A stretch of DNA of 61,907 nt, filler included. It is 4 parts of 4 records of this genome, joined end to end, with 100 filler letters (N's around TTAATTAATTAA, not from the genome) between each part and the next. Parts side by side here need not be neighbours in the genome. Positions count along the whole stretch, not along the records: positions 17,112 to 22,970 come from DRR723986_30398; positions 23,071 to 50,271 come from DRR723986_30413; 2 more parts are not named here. One strand, written 5' to 3'. Below, piece after piece: positions 19,187 to 30,044 of the stretch. Every line of letters begins with the position of its first letter. Position 1 is the first letter of the stretch. The notes under the pieces are model-generated. The model made no database searches. It saw only the letters and a list, made by a program, of their open reading frames with translations, and had not been told where the DNA came from. The position numbers were made by a program, and so were the translations under genes.

Positions 19187-21619
19187 ATGATTCACTCCCA
19201 TCAAATTATGAAAGGCGCCGTACTGAGCGCCGTGGTTCTGCTCACTGCCTGCGGCGGCGGAAGTAGCGGCAGTAGCTCCGGGGGTGGCCAGGGCGAGGCG
19301 AAGCAATACGATGTTGAAGTGAGGCGCAGCGAGCACGGCATTCCCCACATTAAGGCCGACAATTACGCCAGCATGGGTTATGGCTACGGCTATGTGCATG
19401 CGCAGGACAATATTTGCGTGCTGGCCGAGGACTTGATGACCATTCGCGGTGAGCGCGCCCAATACCTCGGTCGCGACGGCAGCTATACCATTATTCCTAA
19501 CGGCTCGACGGCGTCGAATGTCGACTCGGACTTCTTTTGGCGGGCGGTGGCGACTGATGACGCGATTGCGCCGATCAAAGCAAACAGCGACCCAGAGGTC
19601 GTCGAGGCAACCCGCGGCTTTGTTGCCGGTTACAACCGCTACCTGCGGGAGCTGAAGTCGGGCGAACACAGTGGCCGCCACCTCGCCTGTCGCGATGCCG
19701 CGTGGCTGACGGAAATCAGCGTTGATGACCTCTACCGCCGCTATTTCCGCTTGTCTATTTTGGCGTCGTCGTCGGTATTTGTGAGCGAGGTGGCCAATGC
19801 CGCGCCACCCTCCCCGGATAACCTGCCACTACCGGTCAGCATTCCTGCAATCTCTGCACTGGACCCCTCTGAGATGCCGCTGGCAGGTGAGCAGCCTTTT
19901 GCCAGCAATATGTATGCCTTGGGCGCCGAGGCCAGCACCGATGAATCCATGCTGTTAGTGAATCCTCACTTTCCCTGGGAGGGCACTGAGCGCTTGTATC
20001 TGGCGCATATGCAACTGCCCGATGCCGAGATTATGGGGGCGTCGCTTTACGGTGTTCCGGCAGCGTTAATTGGCTTCAACCAACATGTTGCCTGGAGCCA
20101 CACGGTGTCTACCGCATACCGCTTTACTTTTTACGAGCTTACCCTGAATCCCGCTGATCCCACTCAGTACTTCTATGAGGGGGAGCTTCGCGATATGGAA
20201 GTCAGCGAAATAACGATCCCTATTCTCGAGGGTGACGGTACCTTGGGAAGTGAAACGCGAACCTTGTACCGCTCGCACTTCGGCCCCATGCTTGAGCTGG
20301 CCGTTTCCGGCGTGCCGGTGTTGGAGTGGTCACCTGCTAAGGCTTATACCCTGCGCGATGCCAACGCTGAGAACAACCGCCTAATCAACCAGTTCTTCCG
20401 CTGGAATCGCGCGCAAAGTTACGAGGAATTTGTCGATTTACACGGCAGTGTGCTGGGTGTGCCGTGGGTGAATACAACGGCGACGGGGCCGGGCAAGCCC
20501 GCCTACTATGGCGATATTACGGTGGTGCCCAATGTGCCTGACAGCAAGGTGCAGAGTTGTGGTGCCCAGCCGCTGCAAACGGCGCTGGGGGCGCTGCTGC
20601 CGGGTTTGCCCATACTCGATGGGTCGCGGGCAGCCTGTGAATGGGATACTGACCCGGATGCGCCCGCGCCGGGTATTTTCGGGCCCGCTAATCTGCCGTC
20701 GCTGGAGCGCAATGACTGGGTTCACAATTGCAACGACAGTTACTGGCTGAGCAACCCGGCGCAGCCACTGACCGGCTTTGCTGCCATCATTGGCGATGAA
20801 GGTGCCGAGCGAACGCTGCGCACGCGACTGTGCATGCTGCAGGTTCAGCGTCGTTTAGATGGCAGTGACGCGCTGCCGGGCAACCGTTTTACGCCAGACT
20901 TGCTGCAAACCGTGGCGCTCGATAGCGCTGTGTATTCGGCGGAGCTGGGTCGGCAGGCGGTGTTGGATAGCTACTGCCAGTTGCCGACCTTGCTCGGCAG
21001 CAGCGGACCCGTTGATATCAGCCAGGCCTGTGCGGTGCTGTCGGCCTGGGATGGTAAAAATAATCTCGATTCGGTCGGCGGTCATATTTGGCGAGAGTTC
21101 TGGCGCGGTGTTAACGCCAGCTCGATTCCCGCTGCGCTGCGCTGGACCACGCCCTTCTCGGCCGACGATCCGGTGAATACCCCTCGGGGCCTCAATGTGC
21201 TGAACCCGGATATTGCCCGGGCCTTTGCCGATGCTGTGCAGGCGCTGCAAAGTGCGGGGGTGAGCGAGACTGCCGCCATTCGGGATATACAGCGATCAGG
21301 CGTCCACGAGCAGGAAATTCCCATTGTTGGTGGTGAGAGTTTTGCAGGCTCATTCACGATTGCCAGTAGCCCGGCAGGCATTGACGACGGTACTTACGAC
21401 GTCACCTATGGCAACAGCTATGTGCAGACCGTGACCTGGGACGCTGAGGGCACGCCCAAGGCCGAAGGCTTTATCACCTATTCGCAATCCACTGATCCGG
21501 CGTCGCCCTACTACCAAAATATGACGGAAGCTTACTCGGCCAAAAACTGGATTAAATTCCCGTGGACTGAAGCCGAGATTGCCGAAAAGACCGTTGAGGT
21601 ATTGCGCCTTAGCGAATAG
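19187..21619 (+). CDS. Penicillin acylase family Ntn-hydrolase (PvdQ/AHL-acylase-like), lipoprotein
   Basis: LLTAC lipobox, HGIPHI, GYGYVHAQD, nucleophile motif SNMYALG, NPHFPW, GNSY; start may be ATG 19208. Confidence 0.9.
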   Translation: MIHSHQIMKGAVLSAVVLLTACGGGSSGSSSGGGQGEAKQYDVEVRRSEHGIPHIKADNYASMGYGYGYVHAQDNICVLAEDLMTIRGERAQYLGRDGSYTIIPNGSTASNVDSDFFWRAVATDDAIAPIKANSDPEVVEATRGFVAGYNRYLRELKSGEHSGRHLACRDAAWLTEISVDDLYRRYFRLSILASSSVFVSEVANAAPPSPDNLPLPVSIPAISALDPSEMPLAGEQPFASNMYALGAEASTDESMLLVNPHFPWEGTERLYLAHMQLPDAEIMGASLYGVPAALIGFNQHVAWSHTVSTAYRFTFYELTLNPADPTQYFYEGELRDMEVSEITIPILEGDGTLGSETRTLYRSHFGPMLELAVSGVPVLEWSPAKAYTLRDANAENNRLINQFFRWNRAQSYEEFVDLHGSVLGVPWVNTTATGPGKPAYYGDITVVPNVPDSKVQSCGAQPLQTALGALLPGLPILDGSRAACEWDTDPDAPAPGIFGPANLPSLERNDWVHNCNDSYWLSNPAQPLTGFAAIIGDEGAERTLRTRLCMLQVQRRLDGSDALPGNRFTPDLLQTVALDSAVYSAELGRQAVLDSYCQLPTLLGSSGPVDISQACAVLSAWDGKNNLDSVGGHIWREFWRGVNASSIPAALRWTTPFSADDPVNTPRGLNVLNPDIARAFADAVQALQSAGVSETAAIRDIQRSGVHEQEIPIVGGESFAGSFTIASSPAGIDDGTYDVTYGNSYVQTVTWDAEGTPKAEGFITYSQSTDPASPYYQNMTEAYSAKNWIKFPWTEAEIAEKTVEVLRLSE

Positions 21620-22184
21620 TGGCGGGGTTGCGGCCGATATAGCCGGTCTGCAGCGCGTGCTCGGGGCCCCGCAAGTCGAGGTCTTCGCGGTGCAGCAGTG
21701 TTTCGAGGCCGGCGTAGGCGCGGCTCAGTTCGCCCTCGCCGAGCAAAAAATCCGGGTTGCTTGGGCCGCGGAGCGCCGGGCGGCGCAAATTAAAGGTTTG
21801 GTAGAACAATAGTCCGCCGGGAGCGAGGGCGTCAGCCAATTGAGCCAATAGCGGCCGGTGCAAATAGTAACTCACCACAATAACATCGTAGCGCCGCTCA
21901 GCGTTGAGGCCCTGCGATTCCAGGTCTTCCCATTTGGCGCTAATCGACAGCTGCTCACGGCGTGCATAGTCGTTGAGCTTGTCTACGGCGTTGTCTGCGT
22001 AGTCGAGGGCGTCGACCGTTAGCCCAGCCCTGGCGAGTGCCACCGCATTGCCACCCAGGCCGCAGGCGACATCCAGGCCGTAGCCTCTGTCGGGCAGCCA
22101 GTGGCTGTAGGTATTGAGCAGCCAACACGGCGGTTGAGGCAGTCTGGCGTCGGCATAGCGTTGTTGCCATTTTTGCCGGGACAT
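21609..22184 (-). CDS. Class I SAM-dependent methyltransferase (TehB-like)
   Basis: KWQQRY, LDVACGLGGNA, YYLHR, GPSNPDFLL; start moved to ATG 22184 (TAATG overlap with trkH stop). Confidence 0.85.
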   Translation of the reverse strand: MSRQKWQQRYADARLPQPPCWLLNTYSHWLPDRGYGLDVACGLGGNAVALARAGLTVDALDYADNAVDKLNDYARREQLSISAKWEDLESQGLNAERRYDVIVVSYYLHRPLLAQLADALAPGGLLFYQTFNLRRPALRGPSNPDFLLGEGELSRAYAGLETLLHREDLDLRGPEHALQTGYIGRNPATIR

Positions 22185-22970
22185 TAGCGGCGCCAAAAAG
22201 CCGGTAACAACAATACCAGCAGCGTGAATATTTCCAGCCGCCCCAGCAACATGGCATAGCAGAGAATCCATTTGCCGGTGTTGCTGACAGTGCTGTAATT
22301 CGCGGCCACTTCGCCGAGGCCAGGGCCCATATTATTGATCGACGCGGCCGTTGCCGAGAACGCCGACAAGAAGTCGAGGCCGCAGGCCATCATTGCCAGC
22401 GTGATGCCCATAAAAGAGATCAAATACACGCCGACAAAACTCCACACGGCGCTGACGACCTTGGCCTCTACGCGCTGTGAACCGATCTTCAATGGAATCA
22501 CGGCGCTGGGGTGAATCAGCTGCTTGAGCTCTCGAATCCCCTGTTTGGCGACCAGCATGATCCTGACCGCCTTCATACCACCGCCAGTTGAACCGGCGCA
22601 GCCACCAATAAACGACAGCATCAACAGGCCGATTGGCAAGAAGCTGGGCCACACCGAGAAGTCGTCGGCGCCAAACCCTGTTGTCGTCGCAATAGACACG
22701 GTGTGGAAAATGCCGTTCACCACACTATCGGGCAAGTCTTGGGTGCCGCTCAGTAATAGATAGCCGCACACAGAAACCGTGGCGGTCGCCATTACACCAA
22801 GGTAGAACTTGGTTTCGGAGTCCATTAAATAGGTGCGGGGGCTGCGCGCGCGCCAGGCGTGGAAGTGGATGGCAAAGCTCATGCCGGACAACAGCATGAA
22901 CACGCTGCAAATCATCAAAATTAACGGGCTGTCGAAAAAGCCCATGCTGGCATCGTGGGTTGAAAAGCCG
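22184..22970 (-). CDS. trkH: Trk potassium uptake membrane protein (5' part missing at contig edge)
   Basis: TTTGF, GGCAGSTGGGMK, NNMGPGLG, MLLGRLEI. Confidence 0.95.
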
Positions 22971-23070
22971 NNNNNNNNNNNNNNNNNNNNNNNNNNNNNN
23001 NNNNNNNNNNNNNNTTAATTAATTAANNNNNNNNNNNNNNNNNNNNNNNNNNNNNNNNNNNNNNNNNNNN
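22971..23070. other. Artificial contig linker
   Basis: N44-TTAATTAATTAA-N44. Confidence 0.98.
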
Positions 23071-23972
23071 CTGCCCGCAACAGAACTTTGGGTAACGCCA
23101 ACGACGTTGACTTCATTCAGACCGATGCTTCAATAAACCGAGGCAACTCCGGCGGACCGCTTTTCAATATGAAAGGCGAAGTGATCGGCGTTAATACTGC
23201 AATTGTTTCCCCATCGGGCGGCAATGTAGGCATTGGTTTTTCTATCCCGTCAAATCACGCAAAAAACATTGTTGAGCAACTACAGGAATTCGGCAAAGTG
23301 CGCCGAGGGTGGCTGGGTGTAGGCATCCAACCTTTAACCGACGAAATTGCAGAAACGCTTGGTTTGGACATTAATGAGGGTGCAATGATTACCCGCGTTG
23401 AGCCTGACAGCCCAGCAGAAGCATCTCAGTTGCAAGAAGGTGATATCATCGTAACCTGGGACGGTAAGGAAGTTATCGATTCCAATACGCTCAGCAATTT
23501 GGTCAAACGCACACAGATCGATAAGGCTGTTGACGTTGTGATTGTTCGTAGCGGAGAGACTATAACAATTTCTGTGCGCACAGGTGCGCTGCCCGACGAA
23601 CTTTCAGGTATGGTACAAGAAGAGGGTGAGGACGAAGATAATGAACGCCCTCGTGATCGATCTGGTCGTGAGCTAGTTGAAGGTATGGAGCTTGCCCCGC
23701 TCAATGACAGTTTCCGTCAGCGCTACGAACTGGATATTGATGTGGAAGGGGTTGCTGTTGTTCGGGTATCGCGTCGTAGCGAAGCTTACCGTGCAGGCAT
23801 TCGTGCTGGCGCAGTCATTGTGCGCGTTAACCAGCAACGGGTTGAAAGTGCAAGTGAAGTGGTTGATTTATTTGATGAAGCCATTGATGCAGGACGCGAA
23901 CGTGCGCTTGTTCTGGTTAACTTGCGTGGTAACACTGTTCACGTGCCGCTTCGTCTGACAACTGGCGACTAG
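23071..23972 (+). CDS. Do/DegP/DegQ family serine protease (5' part missing)
   Basis: [22 protein letters not shown], two PDZ domains. Confidence 0.95.
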
Positions 23973-23993
23973 CACAATAGAAAATGTCTAAGT

Positions 23994-24021
23994 AAAGGGT
24001 CGCTTCGGCGGCCCTTTTTTT
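23994..24021 (+). terminator. Intrinsic terminator
   Basis: AAAGGGTCGC-TTCG-GCGGCCC-TTTTTTT. Confidence 0.9.
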
Positions 24022-24033
24022 GTGGGTGGAGGA

Positions 24034-24933
24034 TTAAGACTTATAGAATTCAGCTTCTTTGTAACCTTGAAAAAACAACAGGGTTGTTAAGTCGCCGCTG
24101 TTAACGGCAGCATGTGCCGCTGCTGATGTTTTCGGTTTGGCGTGGTACGCAACACCGAGCCCAGCAGCTTGTATCATAGGGATGTCATTCGCGCCATCTC
24201 CCACAGCTAAAACTGATGATGGATCCATTGAAAGCTGGGCACAATATTCATTTAGGGCTTCCAGCTTAGTTGCAGCACCGCAAATTGGCTCAATCACATC
24301 GCCGGTAAGTTTACCGTTTTTAATTTCAAGAATATTGGCGCGGTGCTCCTGAAAACCAATTTGCCGTGATACTTTCTCAGTGAAGAAGGTGAAGCCCCCA
24401 GAAACGAGGGCGGCAAAATGTCCATTTTTAGTCATGGTTTTAACGAGCGCTCTTGCGCCTGGCATTATTACTATACGTTCTCTATAGCATGCCTCTAAGT
24501 CCTTCGTCGAAAGGCCTTTTAAAAGAGCGACCCTCTCTTTTAGGGCGTCTTCAAAGTTCAATTCACCGCGCATTGCGGCCTCGGTAATTTTAGACACTTT
24601 TTCTTTTGCGCCAACAAAGTCTGCAAGCTCATCAATGCATTCAACTGTGATCATGGTCGAGTCCATGTCGGCAATCAGCATTGATTTGCGTCGCGCGGGG
24701 CCGTTCTCTTGCAAACACAAATCAACGATTGGATATAGGCGCGAGATTTTCGCTATTTGATTCTTTAACTCTTCAAGGGTAGCGCCCGTAAAGTGTATAT
24801 CAATCGCTCGATCTTCAGCGAGTGTGCTAATCGTGAAGTCGTGTTTCCTAGGCAAGCCACGCAGGCTTTCGACAGCTTTTTCAAGTGTTGAAGCCTCACC
24901 AGGGTTGACGACAAGGGTCAAAACTATATCCAT
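24034..24933 (-). CDS. serB: Phosphoserine phosphatase
   Basis: DMDST..ECIDE, VSGGF, GDGAND HAD motifs. Confidence 0.96.
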   Translation of the reverse strand: MDIVLTLVVNPGEASTLEKAVESLRGLPRKHDFTISTLAEDRAIDIHFTGATLEELKNQIAKISRLYPIVDLCLQENGPARRKSMLIADMDSTMITVECIDELADFVGAKEKVSKITEAAMRGELNFEDALKERVALLKGLSTKDLEACYRERIVIMPGARALVKTMTKNGHFAALVSGGFTFFTEKVSRQIGFQEHRANILEIKNGKLTGDVIEPICGAATKLEALNEYCAQLSMDPSSVLAVGDGANDIPMIQAAGLGVAYHAKPKTSAAAHAAVNSGDLTTLLFFQGYKEAEFYKS

Positions 24934-24973
24934 TGATTACATCCGAATTGAAACAAACGAGTGAGTTCGCGAT

Positions 24974-25861
24974 TTGAAACGCGCCCTTTTTATTGCAGGT
25001 CCAACCGCAAGCGGCAAGTCAGCATTAGCGTTAAAGGTCGCTGAACGTGAAGATGGTATTATTATTAATGCTGACAGTATGCAGGTTTATAAGGACCTAC
25101 CTGTATTAACCGCTTGCCCCACAGTAGCAGAGCAAGAGCGGGTGCCACACCGGCTTTATGGTTTTATGGACGGCGCTGAGGTTTGCTCAGCGGCTTTTTG
25201 GGCAGAGGCGGCTATGGCAGCAATAGAAACGGCATGGTTGGAAGATAAAACTCCCATTTTAGTGGGGGGAACCGGCATGTATTTTAAGGTTTTATTGGAT
25301 GGAATCGCCAAAATTCCAGAAATTCCTGAAGAAATCAGAACAAAAGTTCGAACGGAATGCGCAAAACGGGGTAGTGAGCTGTTGCATGCCCGGTTAGTTG
25401 AGGTTGACCCTGTAACAGCTCAGCGATTGGCGCCGGGAGACAGTCAGCGTGTATCCAGAGCGATTGAAGTTTTCCGGGCAACAGGCGTGCCGTTGAGTGT
25501 TTGGCATAAAGATACGCAGCCCGGACCGATGGCCGAATTAGATAAACAAGGAAAAGTTGAGAAGCATGTCATTTTGCCTGACCGCGCAGACTTGTATCGG
25601 CGCTGTGATAAACGGTTTGACCTTATGATAGAGGCTGGCGCTATTGCTGAAGTGAAAGCCCTAGCAGACCGCAATTTATTGCCGGAGTTGCCGATTATGC
25701 GAGCGCTCGGTGTGCCGTCCCTATTAGCTTATTTGAACAATGAATTAACCCTTGAAGCCGCCTCCGAGGAAGCAAAAATGCAAACTCGTCGGTTTGCCAA
25801 GCGACAGTTAACATGGCTTAGGAACCAGTTTTCTGATTGGGCAGTTAATAATGCGCAATAA
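24974..25861 (+). CDS. miaA: tRNA dimethylallyltransferase
   Basis: GPTASGKS, NADSMQVY, VGGTGMY, AKRQLTW. Confidence 0.97.
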   Translation: MKRALFIAGPTASGKSALALKVAEREDGIIINADSMQVYKDLPVLTACPTVAEQERVPHRLYGFMDGAEVCSAAFWAEAAMAAIETAWLEDKTPILVGGTGMYFKVLLDGIAKIPEIPEEIRTKVRTECAKRGSELLHARLVEVDPVTAQRLAPGDSQRVSRAIEVFRATGVPLSVWHKDTQPGPMAELDKQGKVEKHVILPDRADLYRRCDKRFDLMIEAGAIAEVKALADRNLLPELPIMRALGVPSLLAYLNNELTLEAASEEAKMQTRRFAKRQLTWLRNQFSDWAVNNAQ

Positions 25862-25910
25862 ATGGAAAGCATAAAACGTAAATATATTTCATAAATAATC
25901 AAATATTGGG

Positions 25911-26115
25911 TTGACTGAGTAATTATCGTACAATAAAAAAGAATTAGACGATGTCACGCCAGCCTGCGATGTCGTCTAAGGTCTGATAGCCCAAAGCAGA
26001 CCTTTACTGTGACGAGACCCACCCCGGGGGCGCTCTTGGAGCGCCCCCAATTATTATGGGGTAAGTCCAGCAGCCAATGCACTCATATCAGGGCAGAGAG
26101 TGTGTTTGAGCTGCT
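25911..26115 (+). promoter_or_regulatory. Putative promoter and highly structured leader upstream of ilvI
   Basis: TTGACT-17-TAAAAA at 25911-25939, followed by four hairpins (see findings). Confidence 0.5.
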
Positions 26116-26213
26116 TCGCATTAAATAGCTAATGGCTGACATTTAAAACGTTGGAAACGGTTAGTATTTGGCCTATTTCATCGAAAGATTTTGAAAGAAC
26201 GTGAGTAAACCCC

Positions 26214-28007
26214 ATGACTGCACCAATGGCGATAACGCGAAATACGCCGGGCTCTGCAACTAAATTGAGCGGCGCTCAGATGATCCTCAAAACATTGACG
26301 GATCTGGGCGTGGAAGTCGTCTTTGGTTATCCCGGTGGTGCGGTGCTGCCTATTTATGATGAAATTTTCAAACAGGATAAAATCAAACATATTCTGGTAC
26401 GACACGAACAGGCAGCAACCCATGCCGCTGAGGGTTATGCGCGGTCTACGGGTAAACCGGGTGTTGTTTTGGTTACATCGGGTCCTGGTGCGACTAATGC
26501 TGTAACCGGTTTAACAGACGCTATGCTCGATTCGATACCGATGATCTGTATTACAGGGCAAGTGGCTCGACATTTGATTGGGAACGATGCATTTCAGGAA
26601 GCGGACACGGTTGGCATTACGCGCCCCTGCACGAAGCATAATTATTTGGTAAAAGAGACGGCAGATATTCCCACTATCTTCCACGAGGCATTTTATGTTG
26701 CAACCAATGGTCGCCCAGGCCCTGTTGTAATTGACATGCCTAAAGATGTTCAGGTGGAAACAGCGGAATACTATCATGCCGGCCATGTGGAGCACCGGAC
26801 ATACCGACCACAAGTTGATGGGGATGACGATGCTATTCGTAATGCAGTGCACGCAATGGCAAATGCTGTCCGGCCCATATTATATGCTGGTGGCGGTATT
26901 ATCAACTCCGGCCCTGACGCATCTAAATTACTGCTGGAACTTGCAAAGCTCACAGGCTTTCCGGTTACCAACACATTAATGGGATTGGGGTGTTACCCGG
27001 CAAGCGATAAGCAGTTTCTTGGTATGCTGGGCATGCACGGCACATGGGAAGCAAACCACGCCATGCATGATTGCGACGTGATGGTGGCACTAGGCGCGCG
27101 TTTTGATGACAGAGTAACGGGCCGCATTGATGCATTTTCACCCGGATCAACCAAAATTCATGTTGATATTGACCTGTCATCTATCAATAAAAATGTGGCT
27201 GTTGATATTCCAATTGTGGGCGATGCAGGGCGCGTTATCAAACGTATGATCGAAATTTGGAAAGAAGAGGGCTACAGCGAGCACCAGCCAGCCTTAAACG
27301 ATTGGTGGCAGCAAATTGAAGCGTGGCGAGATCGAAAATGCTTGTCTTACCAGGATAGTGACGAAGTTATCATGCCACAAAAGGCATTGGAGCGCCTGCA
27401 AGAGTTGACGAAACATTATGACCCGATCGTTTCTACTGAGGTTGGCCAACATCAAATGTGGGCCGCTCAGTACATTGGTTTCGAAGCCCCTAATCGCTGG
27501 CTCACATCGGGCGGCTTGGGTACAATGGGCTACGGCCTTCCTGCAGCGATCGGCGCGCAAATAGCTTTCCCCGACCGGTTGTGTATCGACGTTGCTGGCG
27601 AAGCTTCAATTCAAATGAATATTCAAGAGTTAGGGACGATTAGCCAATATAATCTTCCTGTGAAAATATTTATCTTGAACAACGAGTTCATGGGCATGGT
27701 GCGTCAGTGGCAAGATTTAAGCTATGAAGGGCGTCATTCAGAAAGCTACTCAGATTCGCTGCCTGATTTCGAAGCATTAGGCGCTGCATACGGCATAAAA
27801 GGGTTAAAGGTTGAAGACCCCAGTCAGTTGGATGATGTTATCAAAGAAATGATCGAAACCGATGGTCCGGTTATTGTTGATTGCCGGGTGGCGAAGCTTG
27901 AAAATTGTTTCCCTATGGTGCCTGCGGGCGCTGCCCACAATGAAATGATGCTGAACGGGGACGGCGTTTCCAAGCCCACCGATGCAGACGCATTGGCAGT
28001 AGTTTAA
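26214..28007 (+). CDS. ilvI: Acetolactate synthase large subunit
   Basis: [37 protein letters not shown]. Confidence 0.96.
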   Translation: MTAPMAITRNTPGSATKLSGAQMILKTLTDLGVEVVFGYPGGAVLPIYDEIFKQDKIKHILVRHEQAATHAAEGYARSTGKPGVVLVTSGPGATNAVTGLTDAMLDSIPMICITGQVARHLIGNDAFQEADTVGITRPCTKHNYLVKETADIPTIFHEAFYVATNGRPGPVVIDMPKDVQVETAEYYHAGHVEHRTYRPQVDGDDDAIRNAVHAMANAVRPILYAGGGIINSGPDASKLLLELAKLTGFPVTNTLMGLGCYPASDKQFLGMLGMHGTWEANHAMHDCDVMVALGARFDDRVTGRIDAFSPGSTKIHVDIDLSSINKNVAVDIPIVGDAGRVIKRMIEIWKEEGYSEHQPALNDWWQQIEAWRDRKCLSYQDSDEVIMPQKALERLQELTKHYDPIVSTEVGQHQMWAAQYIGFEAPNRWLTSGGLGTMGYGLPAAIGAQIAFPDRLCIDVAGEASIQMNIQELGTISQYNLPVKIFILNNEFMGMVRQWQDLSYEGRHSESYSDSLPDFEALGAAYGIKGLKVEDPSQLDDVIKEMIETDGPVIVDCRVAKLENCFPMVPAGAAHNEMMLNGDGVSKPTDADALAVV

Positions 28008-28043
28008 TATAAAGTTTAGGCATTTGAGACGGGCAGTAATTCA

Positions 28044-28565
28044 ATGAAAGAACAAGGCACAATAGCATCGCACACTATTAGCGTGATTGTTGACAACGAA
28101 GCCGGTGTTTTGGCCCGGGTGATCGGTTTATTCTCTGGCCGCGGTTACAATATTGAAAGCTTGACAGTGGCGGCTGTTAATAAGTCAGACAGTCGGTCGA
28201 GAATTACTGTGGTTACCAGCGGTACGCGGATGGTTATCGAGCAGATTAAGGCACAATTGGACAGGCTGGTGCCTGTTCAAAAGGTGGCTGATCTAACCAT
28301 TGAAGGACCGCATGTTTTGCGCGACTTGGCTTTAGTAAAGGTAACAGGCGAGGGTGAGAAACGGGTTGAAGCTCTGCGACTAGCCGATGCGTTTCGTGCA
28401 AGTGTAGTAGACTCGACCCGCACTAGCTTCGTTTTTGAGTTAACCGGTTCGGCTGAAAAGTTGGATGCGTTTGTAGATTTGATGAGAGAACTAGGATTGG
28501 TTGAAGTTGCGCGGACCGGGGCTGTGGCTCTCTCGCGCGGTGAAAAGGGACTAATAGATAGGTAA
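28044..28565 (+). CDS. ilvH: Acetolactate synthase small subunit
   Basis: NEAGVLARVIGLFSGRGYNIESL ACT domain. Confidence 0.96.
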   Translation: MKEQGTIASHTISVIVDNEAGVLARVIGLFSGRGYNIESLTVAAVNKSDSRSRITVVTSGTRMVIEQIKAQLDRLVPVQKVADLTIEGPHVLRDLALVKVTGEGEKRVEALRLADAFRASVVDSTRTSFVFELTGSAEKLDAFVDLMRELGLVEVARTGAVALSRGEKGLIDR

Positions 28566-28601
28566 TGTTACCAATGGGGCGCCGCACGCCCCAAACCATA
28601 G

Positions 28602-29633
<1,032 letters not shown>

Positions 29634-29661
29634 ATATTAGCATCACGATTAGTCGTGAGAT

Positions 29662-29707
29662 GAAGAAGGTGGCCTGCTCCTGAGGTCGCCTTTTTCTTTC
29701 TTTTTTT
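29662..29707 (+). terminator. Intrinsic terminator after ilvC
   Basis: AAGGTGGCCT-loop-AGGTCGCCTT plus long T tract. Confidence 0.85.
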
Positions 29708-29798
29708 GAAATAATATTTCACTTTCATATGTCTGAAATTTCAATATAATAAAATAATTGACTTACTTTAGACATTATATGAACGATATGCCCGTACA

Positions 29799-29951
29799 AT
29801 GAAGCCTTTGCACAACAGACATATTAAAGCCAAAGCCATAGCTGCCACGCGGCAGCAAAAGCTGGCGCATGCGGGTGCGTTTTCATTACTAACGCTGGGT
29901 CTTCTCATTACTCTCCTTCTACTGGATGCTGGCCGACTAATCGGCCCTTAA
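29799..29951 (+). CDS. Leucine-rich leader peptide of leuA (50 aa)
   Basis: MKPLHNRHIKAKAIAATRQQKLAHAGAFSLLTLGLLITLLLLDAGRLIGP*; 12 Leu including a CTC CTT CTA CTG run; hairpin follows at the stop. Confidence 0.8.
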   Translation: MKPLHNRHIKAKAIAATRQQKLAHAGAFSLLTLGLLITLLLLDAGRLIGP

Positions 29952-30044
29952 GCACAACGGCAGAAACGCTCATGAACGTTTCGGTGCTTGAGGGATCAGC
30001 CTGAAATTCAGTTCATCCAAACACCAAAAATATAGGAATTTATA

